Source of the DNA: a bacterium | GTDB lineage: Bacteria; Zhuqueibacterota; Zhuqueibacteria; Zhuqueibacterales; Zhuqueibacteraceae | Direction: 5' to 3' | NCBI GenBank assembly: GCA_044869275.1 | Contig: JBIOXB010000176.1 | Span: 1 to 16,176, forward strand | Length of the DNA stretch: 16,176 nucleotides | Shown: positions 8,182-16,175 of the stretch, in pieces | Numbering within the stretch: position 1 is the first letter of the stretch | Layout of the letters: the number at the start of each line of letters is the position of its first letter | Notes under the pieces: model-generated | Told to the model about the DNA's origin: nothing | Seen by the model: only the letters and a program-made list of their open reading frames with translations | The model's database searches: none | Made by a program: the position numbers and the translations under genes

Positions 8182-8210
8182 AATGTAATGATTATACCGG
8201 CGTGTTTCAA
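8182..8210 (-). promoter_or_regulatory. Candidate sigma-70 promoter P2 of the 3-TM gene
   Basis: Minus strand TTGAAA-N17-TACATT. Confidence 0.4.
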
Positions 8211-8265
8211 GCATAAATTCAGCTAAAATAGGAAATTTCGCCATTAAACTTTTTCCATTTTCGTC

Positions 8266-8294
8266 TTGCTTCCGCTGGGAAAATGATTTATTTT
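8266..8294 (+). promoter_or_regulatory. Candidate sigma-70 promoter of the PHP-ATPase gene
   Basis: TTGCTT-N17-TATTTT with an AT-rich upstream tract, about 85 nt before ATG 8381. Confidence 0.45.
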
Positions 8295-8380
8295 TTCTCG
8301 CTCGTACCTTGAACGTTTGTACCGCTGCTGCTCCAGCATTTTATCCAAGCCAGAGAGACTGACCAACCGTAGAATGACAT

Positions 8381-11209
8381 ATGGACGACCGCGTTGCCGA
8401 ACAGCTTCATATTTCTCTGCCGGACGACGGCTTGATGTCGTTCAGCGTTCCCGCACCCGAGACGTTCAATTGGCCCAAACCCATCTTATCCGCATTTCAG
8501 AAGCCAAGGGGCGCGCGTTTTTATCGCTGTGCTTTGCAAGTGAACACGCCGTTGCAGAATCGCTTCAAAGGCTTCGATTCCAATCACGCGAAACATTCCG
8601 CGGCATATAAACGCGACTATGGTCTGGCCCTGGCGAAAAAGTGCAAGAAAGCCGACATCGATGTGGTCGGCATTTGCGATCACAACAGCATCGAATATCT
8701 GGACGCCATTCGCCAGCAATTGAATGAAGAAAACATCTTCGTCTTTCCCGGTTTCGAAGTGGCCAGCACCGAAGGTTTGCACGTGCTGTGCCTTTTCGAC
8801 CTGGATACGACGGCGCAAGAATTGGATCATGTGCTCACCGAGCTGGGCCTGCCGCCCAAAGAGCGCTGGGCCACGGGCGTCGGGCAAGCGCCGCGCCAAT
8901 CGCCAAAATCCTTTCCGCAAATCCTCGCGCACGTGCAACGCCAGCGCCGCGGCATTTGCATCGCGGCGCACATGGATCGCGAAAACGGCTTGCTCTTCGA
9001 ATGCGCCCGCACCACGCGCGCGCAATACTTCTCCGACGGCAATCTGCTGGCCGGGCAAATCTCCGGCGCGCGCAAAAACTTGACGCCTTTCAACCGCAAA
9101 GTAGTGGCCGGCGAGCTCAACCATTATCGCCGCGCCCGCCCGCTGGCTTTGGTGAATTGCCTCGATGTTTACAATCTCAAAGACCTCGATGAACCGGCGT
9201 GTAGCGCGTTGATCAAAATGTCCATGCCTTCCATCGAAGGTTTGCGGCAGGCGTTTCTCGATCCGGACTCCCGGTTGCGCTTGCCGGTAGAGAGGGAGAA
9301 GACCAAATCCCGCCGCGACCACGAAGAGGAAAACTTCAAGCTGGTGGCGATGTCCTGGGAAGGAGGATTTTTAGGCGGCTGCGGCATGCGCTTCAACGAG
9401 AATTTGAATTGCTTGATCGGCGGGCGCGGCGCGGGCAAATCTACGATAATCGAAAGTCTGCGTTTCGTGCTGGATCAAAGGCCCATCGGGAAATCGGCGC
9501 AGGACACGCACGCCAGTTTGCTGAAAACCGTGCTCAAGGACGGCACCAGAGTCTCGTTGTTGGTGCAAACGCAAAGTCCGCAGCCGGGCTATTATCGCAT
9601 CGAGCGCGTGTACATGGAAAAGTCGGAAGAGCCGGTGGTTTTTGACGAGCACGGCGAGCAATGCGCTTTGAAAGTGTTCGATCTGTTTTCACGCGTCGAT
9701 ATCTTCGGCCAGCATGAAATCGCTGAAATCGCCCGCGAGCCGGAGCGGCAGCTTGAGCTGCTCCATCGTTTTCGCCGCGGCAATGCCGCGCGCGCGCAGG
9801 CGCAAAAACAGGAATGCCAGTTGCTGCTGGCCCAAAACCGCCAGGAACTATTGCGGATTTTGCAGGCTTTGCACACGCTCGAAGAGCAGCTCAGCAGCCT
9901 TCCCGGGATCGAGGAAGCACTGCGCCGTTTCCGCGATCTCGGCGTCGAACAAAAACTCAAAGAAGACGGTTTGCTCGCGCGCGAAGAGCAAATCTTGCGT
10001 TCGTATTTAGAGCGCGTGCAGCTACTGCGCAAAGTTTTCGAGCCCATGCGCCGGCAGCTCGAGATGGCCGGTGCATCACCGGGCGCCTCCGAGCGACTGC
10101 CCAATCACGATCTCCTGCAAAAAATGGCCGCGTTGGAAGCGCGCCTGCGCGAGAATTTGCAGGCCTTGATCACGGAAGGCGAGGAAACCTGGCAGCGCGC
10201 CTATCGTGAATGGCTGGCGATCAGGCAGGAATGGGAAACCCGCAAACGCGGTCGCCAGGAGGAATACCAAAAAATTTTGCGAGAATTGCAGAAGGAAGAA
10301 GTGGATGGCGTAAAATACGTCAACCTGAGCAAGGATCTCGAACGCCTCAAGCCTCTGCGCGCGCAATTTCAGCAGCTCGATCAAAAGCGCCAGGAGCATG
10401 AAAAACAGCGCAAACGCCTGCTGCAAAAATGGGAGGAAGCCCAGGAGCAGCTTTTCAAAATCGACCACGCCACGGCCGAGCATGTTTCGCGCGTGCTGGC
10501 CGGGAAAGTGCGTGTGACCCTCATTCCCGCCGCGCAAAACCGGCTCTTGTCCAAAAAGCTCAAAGACATGGCGCTCGGCCTGCGTAAAGAATTTTTCAAC
10601 TTGATGCACGAAGCTTCCGGCCTCCAACTGCGTGAGTTCATCGCGACGATGCGCGCCGGAAAGGAGAAATTGATAAGAAACTATCGCTTTTCGGAGGCAC
10701 AGGCCGAAATTCTGGCGCGCATTCCGGAAGCAGCCCTGCTTGAAATGGAAGAAATGGATTTGTCTTACAGTATTTGTATCGAGCTAAACGTGGCGCGCTC
10801 CGAAGAAAAGCCGCAGTGGCGCGCGCTATCGGATATTTCCATCGGCCAAAAAGCCACGGCGATTCTGTTGCTGCTCCTGCCCGAAAGCGGCACGCCGTTG
10901 ATCATCGACCAGCCCGAGGACGATCTCGACAACCGTTTCATCGCCGAAACCATCATTCCGAAATTGCGGGAAGAAAAACAGAAGCGGCAATTCCTTTTCG
11001 CCACGCACAATGCCAACCTTCCCGTGCTGGGCGACGCCGAGCAAATCATCGGCCTGGAAGCTGCCGGCGACGGCGCCACTGGCAAAGCGCAGATCCACAA
11101 GAACAGCCTGGGTTCGATCGATTGCGAGCCGGTGAAAGAATTGGTCGAACAAATTCTGGAAGGCGGGCAACAAGCGTTCGAAACGCGCCGGGCGAAATAC
11201 GGGTTTTGA
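8381..11209 (+). CDS. PHP-domain + SMC/ABC-type ATPase fusion (Ppl-like / TrlF-family-like), candidate defence protein
   Basis: PHP-like N-terminus (RFYRCALQVNTP, GICDHNS, FPGFEV, GLHVLCLF, IAAH). Walker A GGRGAGKST, Q-loop FGQHEI, long coiled coil, signature ISIGQ, Walker B/D-loop LIIDQPEDDLDN, H-loop ATHNAN, C-terminal LEGG..AF..R...Y. Start codon uncertain (no clear RBS). Confidence 0.88.
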   Translation: MDDRVAEQLHISLPDDGLMSFSVPAPETFNWPKPILSAFQKPRGARFYRCALQVNTPLQNRFKGFDSNHAKHSAAYKRDYGLALAKKCKKADIDVVGICDHNSIEYLDAIRQQLNEENIFVFPGFEVASTEGLHVLCLFDLDTTAQELDHVLTELGLPPKERWATGVGQAPRQSPKSFPQILAHVQRQRRGICIAAHMDRENGLLFECARTTRAQYFSDGNLLAGQISGARKNLTPFNRKVVAGELNHYRRARPLALVNCLDVYNLKDLDEPACSALIKMSMPSIEGLRQAFLDPDSRLRLPVEREKTKSRRDHEEENFKLVAMSWEGGFLGGCGMRFNENLNCLIGGRGAGKSTIIESLRFVLDQRPIGKSAQDTHASLLKTVLKDGTRVSLLVQTQSPQPGYYRIERVYMEKSEEPVVFDEHGEQCALKVFDLFSRVDIFGQHEIAEIAREPERQLELLHRFRRGNAARAQAQKQECQLLLAQNRQELLRILQALHTLEEQLSSLPGIEEALRRFRDLGVEQKLKEDGLLAREEQILRSYLERVQLLRKVFEPMRRQLEMAGASPGASERLPNHDLLQKMAALEARLRENLQALITEGEETWQRAYREWLAIRQEWETRKRGRQEEYQKILRELQKEEVDGVKYVNLSKDLERLKPLRAQFQQLDQKRQEHEKQRKRLLQKWEEAQEQLFKIDHATAEHVSRVLAGKVRVTLIPAAQNRLLSKKLKDMALGLRKEFFNLMHEASGLQLREFIATMRAGKEKLIRNYRFSEAQAEILARIPEAALLEMEEMDLSYSICIELNVARSEEKPQWRALSDISIGQKATAILLLLLPESGTPLIIDQPEDDLDNRFIAETIIPKLREEKQKRQFLFATHNANLPVLGDAEQIIGLEAAGDGATGKAQIHKNSLGSIDCEPVKELVEQILEGGQQAFETRRAKYGF

Positions 11210-11253
11210 GGCGTCATTTGCCACCCCATATTGAATAAGTTTTCCATCCCTCA

Positions 11254-11322
11254 AACCGCGAATGACCGCTAATAGACGCGAATTGAGAATAGATTAGCGT
11301 ACATTCGCGTTCATTAGCGGTT
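11254..11322. repeat. Palindromic element of 3+3 decamer units; possible terminator/RNA hairpin
   Basis: Left arm aaccgcgaat/gaccgctaat/agacgcgaat (11254-11283), 9-nt spacer, right arm attagcgtac/attcgcgttc/attagcggtt (11293-11322). Arms match 24/30. Confidence 0.75.
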
Positions 11323-11382
11323 CCCCAAAACGGGCATTTCACCTAAACGGCGCTCTTCAAAAGCAGATTCACACCCGACGCC

Positions 11383-11450
11383 TTCGTGTTTTTCATCGAA
11401 CCTTCCTTCAAAAAAATCACACCGCAAAAATTCTCGTTCATTTCATCGAT
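11383..11450. promoter_or_regulatory. Pair of candidate upstream activator sites (TCG-N10-CGA) for a sigma-54 activator
   Basis: ttcgtgtttttcatcgaa (11383-11400) and ctcgttcatttcatcgat (11433-11450) are related direct copies 50 bp apart with A-tracts between them, 100-170 bp upstream of the -24/-12 motif. Confidence 0.5.
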
Positions 11451-11549
11451 TAATTCCCTCTTTAATCATGGCTACTTCGCGCCCGTCCGTGGAAGTGATA
11501 AGCTTTGTTTTGTCGAGCTTTAACACACCATTTCAAAATGCATTAATCC

Positions 11550-11565
11550 TGGCATCTTCCTTGAA
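11550..11565 (+). promoter_or_regulatory. Candidate sigma-54 (-24/-12) promoter
   Basis: TGGCATCTTCCTTGAA fits TGGCAC-N5-TTGCW spacing exactly, with GA instead of GC at -12. It lies 75 nt before ATG 11641 and a bEBP gene is nearby. Confidence 0.6.
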
Positions 11566-11640
11566 GTGATGTTTGGCGAAGTCAATCACGCTGATGCGAA
11601 ATTTACGACACTAACAATTATCTCAAAAAGGGAGAATGCC

Positions 11641-12186
11641 ATGAAGAACCTACTCGCCACTTTGATCATCGGGATTAGCGCCGCGCAGCTCATGGGCGTT
11701 GCGAGACAGCAGACGGATATGAATCCCGGCGGCGCCAATGAGCAAAACGGTGTTGCCGCCTCGCAGGCCGCAGTACCGGCGGCGCTGGTGGGCAAGTGGC
11801 ACAGTGGCTCCCTGGCGGCGACGAATTTTTACGATGCGAGCACGCAGCAATGGAATGAACCGAATGGCCGCGGGATGTTTTTGATCGTGCAGGCCAATGG
11901 CGAGTATTGCTTCGGCGCCGGCGAACAGATTGCGGCCACGCAGTACTTTATCTATCAAGAAGGCTCCGTGGCGATTCATGGTTCGCAACTGGTGCTCGCA
12001 CCGCAGGCCGGGAGTGAGTATGCGCGTGACCTCAGCGCAACCCAACGCGCTGCCAGCAAAGCTGAGCTGCAAGCCTCAACGTTCAAATACCAGATCGTCC
12101 AGGATCGGAATGAGGCGCAGGGAGCGAAGTTGGTATTGACCAACGAATATGGTGAAGTGGTAACGCTGCGACAGCGTGCGCAGTAA
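11641..12186 (+). CDS. Secreted hypothetical protein, predicted beta-rich (lipocalin-like LVGKW motif)
   Basis: RBS GGGAG before ATG 11641. Signal-like N-terminus, low-complexity linker, then VPAALVGKW..G and alternating beta-strand patterns. The fold is inference. Confidence 0.75.
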   Translation: MKNLLATLIIGISAAQLMGVARQQTDMNPGGANEQNGVAASQAAVPAALVGKWHSGSLAATNFYDASTQQWNEPNGRGMFLIVQANGEYCFGAGEQIAATQYFIYQEGSVAIHGSQLVLAPQAGSEYARDLSATQRAASKAELQASTFKYQIVQDRNEAQGAKLVLTNEYGEVVTLRQRAQ

Positions 12187-12206
12187 ACTCCGAGCGTCTC
12201 AATCTC

Positions 12207-12238
12207 CCCAACCCGCATGGCGAACCGCGCGGGTTGGG
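12207..12238 (+). other. GC-rich intergenic stem-loop without a U-tract
   Basis: cccaacccgc (12207-12216) / gcgggttggg (12229-12238), a perfect 10-bp stem 20 nt after the stop codon. Confidence 0.55.
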
Positions 12239-12308
12239 CAACTGCAACAGACTCTTAACGTGCAATTTGATGCGATTTCGAACAAACCTCAACGTCGCGG
12301 AGATAACT

Positions 12309-12902
12309 ATGAAAAAGTTAATGCTTGTTTTGACTGTGGGACTTTTTGCCGCCCAATTCATGGGCTGCGAGCAAAAGCCCGGCACTGCGTTTGAGCCCCA
12401 AATCGATCTCGTGGCGCGCGGCAAATATCTGGTTAACACCTCAGCCTGTCATGATTGCCACTCGCCCAAGGTGTTCAACACCCGTGGTATGCCGATTCCG
12501 GACTCCACGCGCTTGCTCTCGGGACATCCGGCGGAGCTGCCCTATCCAACTTGGGCGCCGGTGGACTTGGAAAAACGCAACGCGCTGACGCTGGCGAGTC
12601 CCATGCTCACCGCTTGGGCCGGGCCGTGGGGTGTGAGCTTCACTGCGAATCTCACGCCGGATACCAGCACTGGCATCGGCGAATGGACGGAAGAAACGTT
12701 TATGACCGCGATCCGCACCGGCAAACATCAGGGCCAGCCCAACGGCCGCGACATTTTGCCGCCCATGCCCTGGGATGTTTACCGAAACTTCACGGATCAA
12801 GATCTCAAAGCCATCTGGGCTTATTTGCGCAGCCTCCCGCCGGTGAAAAATCAAGTGCCGTTTCCATTGCCGCCCGGCCAAACCCTGTCGATGGCGGACT
12901 GA
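12309..12902 (+). CDS. Monoheme c-type cytochrome lipoprotein, paralogue B
   Basis: ARGKYL..CHDCH, NLTPD..TGIGEW, PPMPW. Lipoprotein signal ending FMGC (Cys20). GGAG RBS. Ungapped alignment to paralogue A gives 108/155 identities in the core by hand count. Confidence 0.9.
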   Translation: MKKLMLVLTVGLFAAQFMGCEQKPGTAFEPQIDLVARGKYLVNTSACHDCHSPKVFNTRGMPIPDSTRLLSGHPAELPYPTWAPVDLEKRNALTLASPMLTAWAGPWGVSFTANLTPDTSTGIGEWTEETFMTAIRTGKHQGQPNGRDILPPMPWDVYRNFTDQDLKAIWAYLRSLPPVKNQVPFPLPPGQTLSMAD

Positions 12903-12909
12903 AAGCCGC

Positions 12910-12972
12910 GCCTCGCGTTTCACGTCTCACGAATTGTGTGAGACGTGAGATGTGAGACGTAAAACGTGACAG
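12910..12972. repeat. Palindromic element of 7-nt tandem units; probable terminator-like hairpin
   Basis: gcctcgc/gtttcac/gtctcac, spacer gaattgt, then gtgagac/gtgagat/gtgagac/gtaaaac/gtgacag: nine consecutive 7-mers, left units reverse-complementary to right units. Confidence 0.75.
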
Positions 12973-13074
12973 GTAAATAAATTGCTTGATCACATGTATT
13001 TTCCTGCCTCCTCTTGCGTTTTTCCGATTTCATGCCTACCGTTTCCTGCGTAACCAATCAAAATCAAAAACTCA

Positions 13075-13148
13075 ATCCACAGATGGTGTAGACACGCGCA
13101 GAAGTTTTTGAACTCATGTAATCTGTGAAAATCTGCCCCTCTGCGGAT
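13075..13148. repeat. Degenerate periodic palindromic element (CAGAT.../...ATCTG units)
   Basis: Ends atccacaga / tctgcggat (8/9 inverted). Left units cagat, tagac, cagaa at 13080, 13089, 13099; right units atctg, atctg, ctctg at 13121, 13131, 13139. Confidence 0.45.
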
Positions 13149-13185
13149 GATCTTTTTGCTTTTCAGTAGAAAATCAAACACAAAA

Positions 13186-14700
13186 ATGTTCGATGATCAT
13201 CAAAGGGCCGCAAGCCTGCTCGAATTGGCGCGCTTCCTTACCCAGCAAAACGATTACCAGGAAAGCGTGCACCTCATCACCCTGACGGCCTCGGTGCTGT
13301 TTGACGCCGACGCCGCATCGATCATGATGGTCAATCCCAGCACGCAAGAAACGGTCAAGACAATTTTCAAGGGCGGAAAAGAACTGGGCGCGGAGAAGTA
13401 CCGGTTCGTGCAAGACGTGGTGATCGGCTGGGTGATGAAACACCGGCAGCCGTTTCTGAGCGCGGACTTGAAATCGGATGAGCGCTTCAGCAAGGACGTG
13501 TTTGAAGACGACATCGTGCGCGCGATCATGTGCGCGCCTCTGCAAATCCACCGCGCAGACTTGGGTTACATTCTCATTATAAGTGAAAGCCGTGTCGGGC
13601 AATTCGATGAACGCGCGCTCAGGCTGCTGGAGCAGATGGCCGCCGTGTGCGCGCCGTTTCTGAGCAACGTGCAGAGGATTCAGGAGTATTTCGATGCGCC
13701 GCTGCCGGAAGCGGTTTTGCTGGCGCAATATGAAGGGCTCGGCATGCTGGGAAAATCGAAGCCCTTCGTCGAATTGTTGCGCGCGATCGAATCCGCCGCG
13801 CGCACCGACGTGCGCGTGCTGCTCGAGGGCCAGAGCGGCACGGGCAAGGAACGCGTGGCGCGCGCGATCCATGCCTGCAGCGGCCGCAAATGCCGCCCTT
13901 TCGTGGCGGTCGATTGCGGCGCCATTCCGGAACATCTTATTGAAAGCGAGCTTTTCGGGCACGTGAAAGGGGCTTTCACCGGTGCGAATTACGAGCGCAA
14001 GGGTTTGTTCGAAGAAGCCAACGGCGGCACATTGTTCATGGATGAAATCGCCAACCTGCCTTATGAGATGCAGGCGAAATTGCTGCGGGTGCTGCAAGAG
14101 GGCGAAATTCGGGCCATCGGCAGCAACAAATCGAAATCGATCGAGGTTCGGATCATCGCCGCCTCCAGCGCTTCACTGCGCAATATGCTCGAGGAGCAGA
14201 AATTTCGCGAGGATTTGTATTACCGTCTGCACGTGTTCCCGGTCTATATCCCCACGCTCAACGAACGCCGCGAGGACATTCCTCTGCTCGCCGGCCATTT
14301 TCTGAAAAAATTTGCCGCCGAACAAAAGAAACGCATCGAGTCAATTCATCCCGCGGTGCTGAAATTCATGCAGCAGCGCAAATGGCCCGGCAACATTCGC
14401 GAGCTGGAAAATTTTGTGGAGCGTTTGGTGACGCTGGCTGCTCCGGAAACGAAGACCCTCCATGCCAAAATTCTGCCGCCGGAATTTCAAAAGGAATTCA
14501 AAAAGACCGCCGACCTCGCGGAAGAGCCGGCGGCGCGCAAATCTTTGCAGGAAAGCGTGAACGACCTGGAAGAGAAGCTCATTCGCCAAGCCTTGTCGGA
14601 AAGCGGCTGGAATCAATCGCAAGCCGCACGCGCGCTGCACATCTCTGAATATACGATTCGCTATAAAATCGAGAAGTTGGGGATTGTGAAGCCGGAATAA
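13186..14700 (+). CDS. Sigma-54-dependent transcriptional activator, GAF-AAA+-Fis HTH (NifA/FhlA-like architecture)
   Basis: N-terminal GAF-like region ([12 protein letters not shown]...DERF...IMCAPL). [73 protein letters not shown]. Start 13186 versus 13147 uncertain. Confidence 0.95.
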   Translation: MFDDHQRAASLLELARFLTQQNDYQESVHLITLTASVLFDADAASIMMVNPSTQETVKTIFKGGKELGAEKYRFVQDVVIGWVMKHRQPFLSADLKSDERFSKDVFEDDIVRAIMCAPLQIHRADLGYILIISESRVGQFDERALRLLEQMAAVCAPFLSNVQRIQEYFDAPLPEAVLLAQYEGLGMLGKSKPFVELLRAIESAARTDVRVLLEGQSGTGKERVARAIHACSGRKCRPFVAVDCGAIPEHLIESELFGHVKGAFTGANYERKGLFEEANGGTLFMDEIANLPYEMQAKLLRVLQEGEIRAIGSNKSKSIEVRIIAASSASLRNMLEEQKFREDLYYRLHVFPVYIPTLNERREDIPLLAGHFLKKFAAEQKKRIESIHPAVLKFMQQRKWPGNIRELENFVERLVTLAAPETKTLHAKILPPEFQKEFKKTADLAEEPAARKSLQESVNDLEEKLIRQALSESGWNQSQAARALHISEYTIRYKIEKLGIVKPE

Positions 14701-14770
14701 CGGTGGGCAGAGTTTTGTGCTGTTCAAAAACGGCTTTTGTGCCGGTGGGGGAAAGGTGTAATTCTCAACT

Positions 14771-14800
14771 GTGCGGGTTGCGGAAGAACGGCATCCGCAC
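14771..14800. terminator. Possible hairpin terminator between convergent genes
   Basis: gtgcgggttgc...gcatccgcac imperfect stem next to the kinase stop; no strong U-tract. Confidence 0.35.
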
Positions 14801-14801
14801 G

Positions 14802-16175
14802 CTAGGCTTTCCAGGGTATCGTACAGACGATCGTCGTCCCTTGATTGTTGCCACTGGTGATCGCGATCGTCCCCTCGATCCGGCGTATGCGTTCCCGCAT
14901 GCCAATCAGGCCAAATGATTGGGAATCCGCCATTTCTTCCTGCGTTATACCCTTGCCGTTATCCTGTATGCGCAGGATCAAATGATTCTCCATTCTTTCC
15001 ACGTCCACTCGGACTTGCGTAGCCCCGGCGTGGCGGACGATATTGGTTAATGCTTCTTGCAACACCCGAAAAAGCGCACTGGAAGTGTGAATCCTCAGGG
15101 GCAGATCGTGGATATTCTTTATCGAAATCTGGCACGAAATTCCGGTCTTTGCCTTGAACTCTTCGATCTGCCAACCGACGGCCTGGGGAAAAGTCAGATG
15201 ATCCAGCACGCTCGGCCGCAATTCCTGCGAGATTTTCTTGACGCGCTGCAGGGTTAAGTGAATCAGCTCGGACATGGATTTGGTCAATCCCAAGAGGCTT
15301 TTTTGGTCCTTGGGCAACTGGTTTTCCAGGGTGCCAACGTTCAAGTTCAATGTCGACAAAACCTGCCCTAACTCGTCGTGAATTTCCCGGGAAATGTGGG
15401 TTCGTTCCTCCTCCCGCAAGTGTTCCAGATGCGCCGACAGATTTCGCAGCTCTTCTTGGGAATGTTTGAGCTCGCGCTCGGCATGAGCGCGCTCCTGAAT
15501 CTCTTGTCGCAGTTTTTCATTGATGCTTTTCAACGCGCCGGAACGCTCTTCCAGCTCGCGGTGATACTGCGCGAGCGCTTCCGCCGCCTTCTTCTGCGCG
15601 GTGATATCTTCGCACACGATGAGCACAACGATTTGCCCGCGGTGATCTCGTACGGCACAGCCATGCTCTCTTACCCATAGCACTGCGCCATTTCTATGCA
15701 CCTTGCGGAATTCCCAATCGTAAATTCGGCTGGGATGCTGCACGCACGTCATCACCTGCTGCAAGACCGCCGACCGGTCTTCCCGATAAAAAACTTCCAA
15801 CACCGAGCTGCCAACCAGTTCTTCGACCGTGTATCCCAGCTGTGCCGCGCCAAACCGGTTGACGGAAAGAACCTTTCCTTGAAGATCGACGGTGAAATAC
15901 ATCGAGGGATTGTCCTCGTACAAGGTGCGATACCGCTCTTCGCTGCGCCGCAATTCCTCTTCCCGATGCTGGCGTTCAACAACTTCTCTTTCATATTTGA
16001 CATTGGCTTTTTCCAGGTCCGCCCGCTGCAGGGTAACAGTCGTGAAAACGCGCGCATAACGATACGACAACAGAGCCGCATGGGAAAAGATGAAAATGAA
16101 GACGCCGGCAGGCACAAAATGGCCCGTTTGCATCACACCGTTAGCGTTCAACACATCGTTGACAACCGTCGCCGC
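14802..16175 (-). CDS. Membrane PAS-domain sensor histidine kinase, HisKA_3 (NarX/UhpB-type); 5' end outside the window
   Basis: Frame is open to the window edge (AATVVNDVLNANG...). Final TM segments resemble the end of a 7TMR-DISM 7TM domain (inference). PAS/PAC (YRTLYEDNP...CEDIT), H-box ISREIHDELGQ, LRP, QEALTNIVRHA, DNGKG, FGLIGMRER, GT. Confidence 0.93.
   Translation of the reverse strand, partial: AATVVNDVLNANGVMQTGHFVPAGVFIFIFSHAALLSYRYARVFTTVTLQRADLEKANVKYEREVVERQHREEELRRSEERYRTLYEDNPSMYFTVDLQGKVLSVNRFGAAQLGYTVEELVGSSVLEVFYREDRSAVLQQVMTCVQHPSRIYDWEFRKVHRNGAVLWVREHGCAVRDHRGQIVVLIVCEDITAQKKAAEALAQYHRELEERSGALKSINEKLRQEIQERAHAERELKHSQEELRNLSAHLEHLREEERTHISREIHDELGQVLSTLNLNVGTLENQLPKDQKSLLGLTKSMSELIHLTLQRVKKISQELRPSVLDHLTFPQAVGWQIEEFKAKTGISCQISIKNIHDLPLRIHTSSALFRVLQEALTNIVRHAGATQVRVDVERMENHLILRIQDNGKGITQEEMADSQSFGLIGMRERIRRIEGTIAITSGNNQGTTIVCTIPWKA

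Noticed and set aside
8381..11209. Housekeeping SMC, SbcC, RecN or DNA polymerase X/PHP
   Set aside because: No hinge or CxxC zinc hook evident, no sbcD or scpAB neighbour and no polymerase domain; the DQPEDDLDN and LEGG..AF motifs fit the PHP-ATPase fusion class.
3651..11643. Identical ggagaatgccatg at the ferritin (3651-3663, minus) and 11641 gene starts
   Set aside because: Mostly RBS plus start codon; the few remaining shared bases are compatible with chance or host preference.
11692..11740. Frameshift in the 11641 gene (removing 'gt' would give ATG GGC TGC GAG as in cytochrome B)
   Set aside because: That frame reaches TGA within about 12 codons, whereas the present frame runs uninterrupted through a plausible domain.
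1826..12902. Invertible segment bounded by the oppositely oriented cytochrome paralogues
   Set aside because: In the most conserved stretch I compared, identical DNA runs reach only about 17 nt, and no recombinase is present; this looks like an old duplication.
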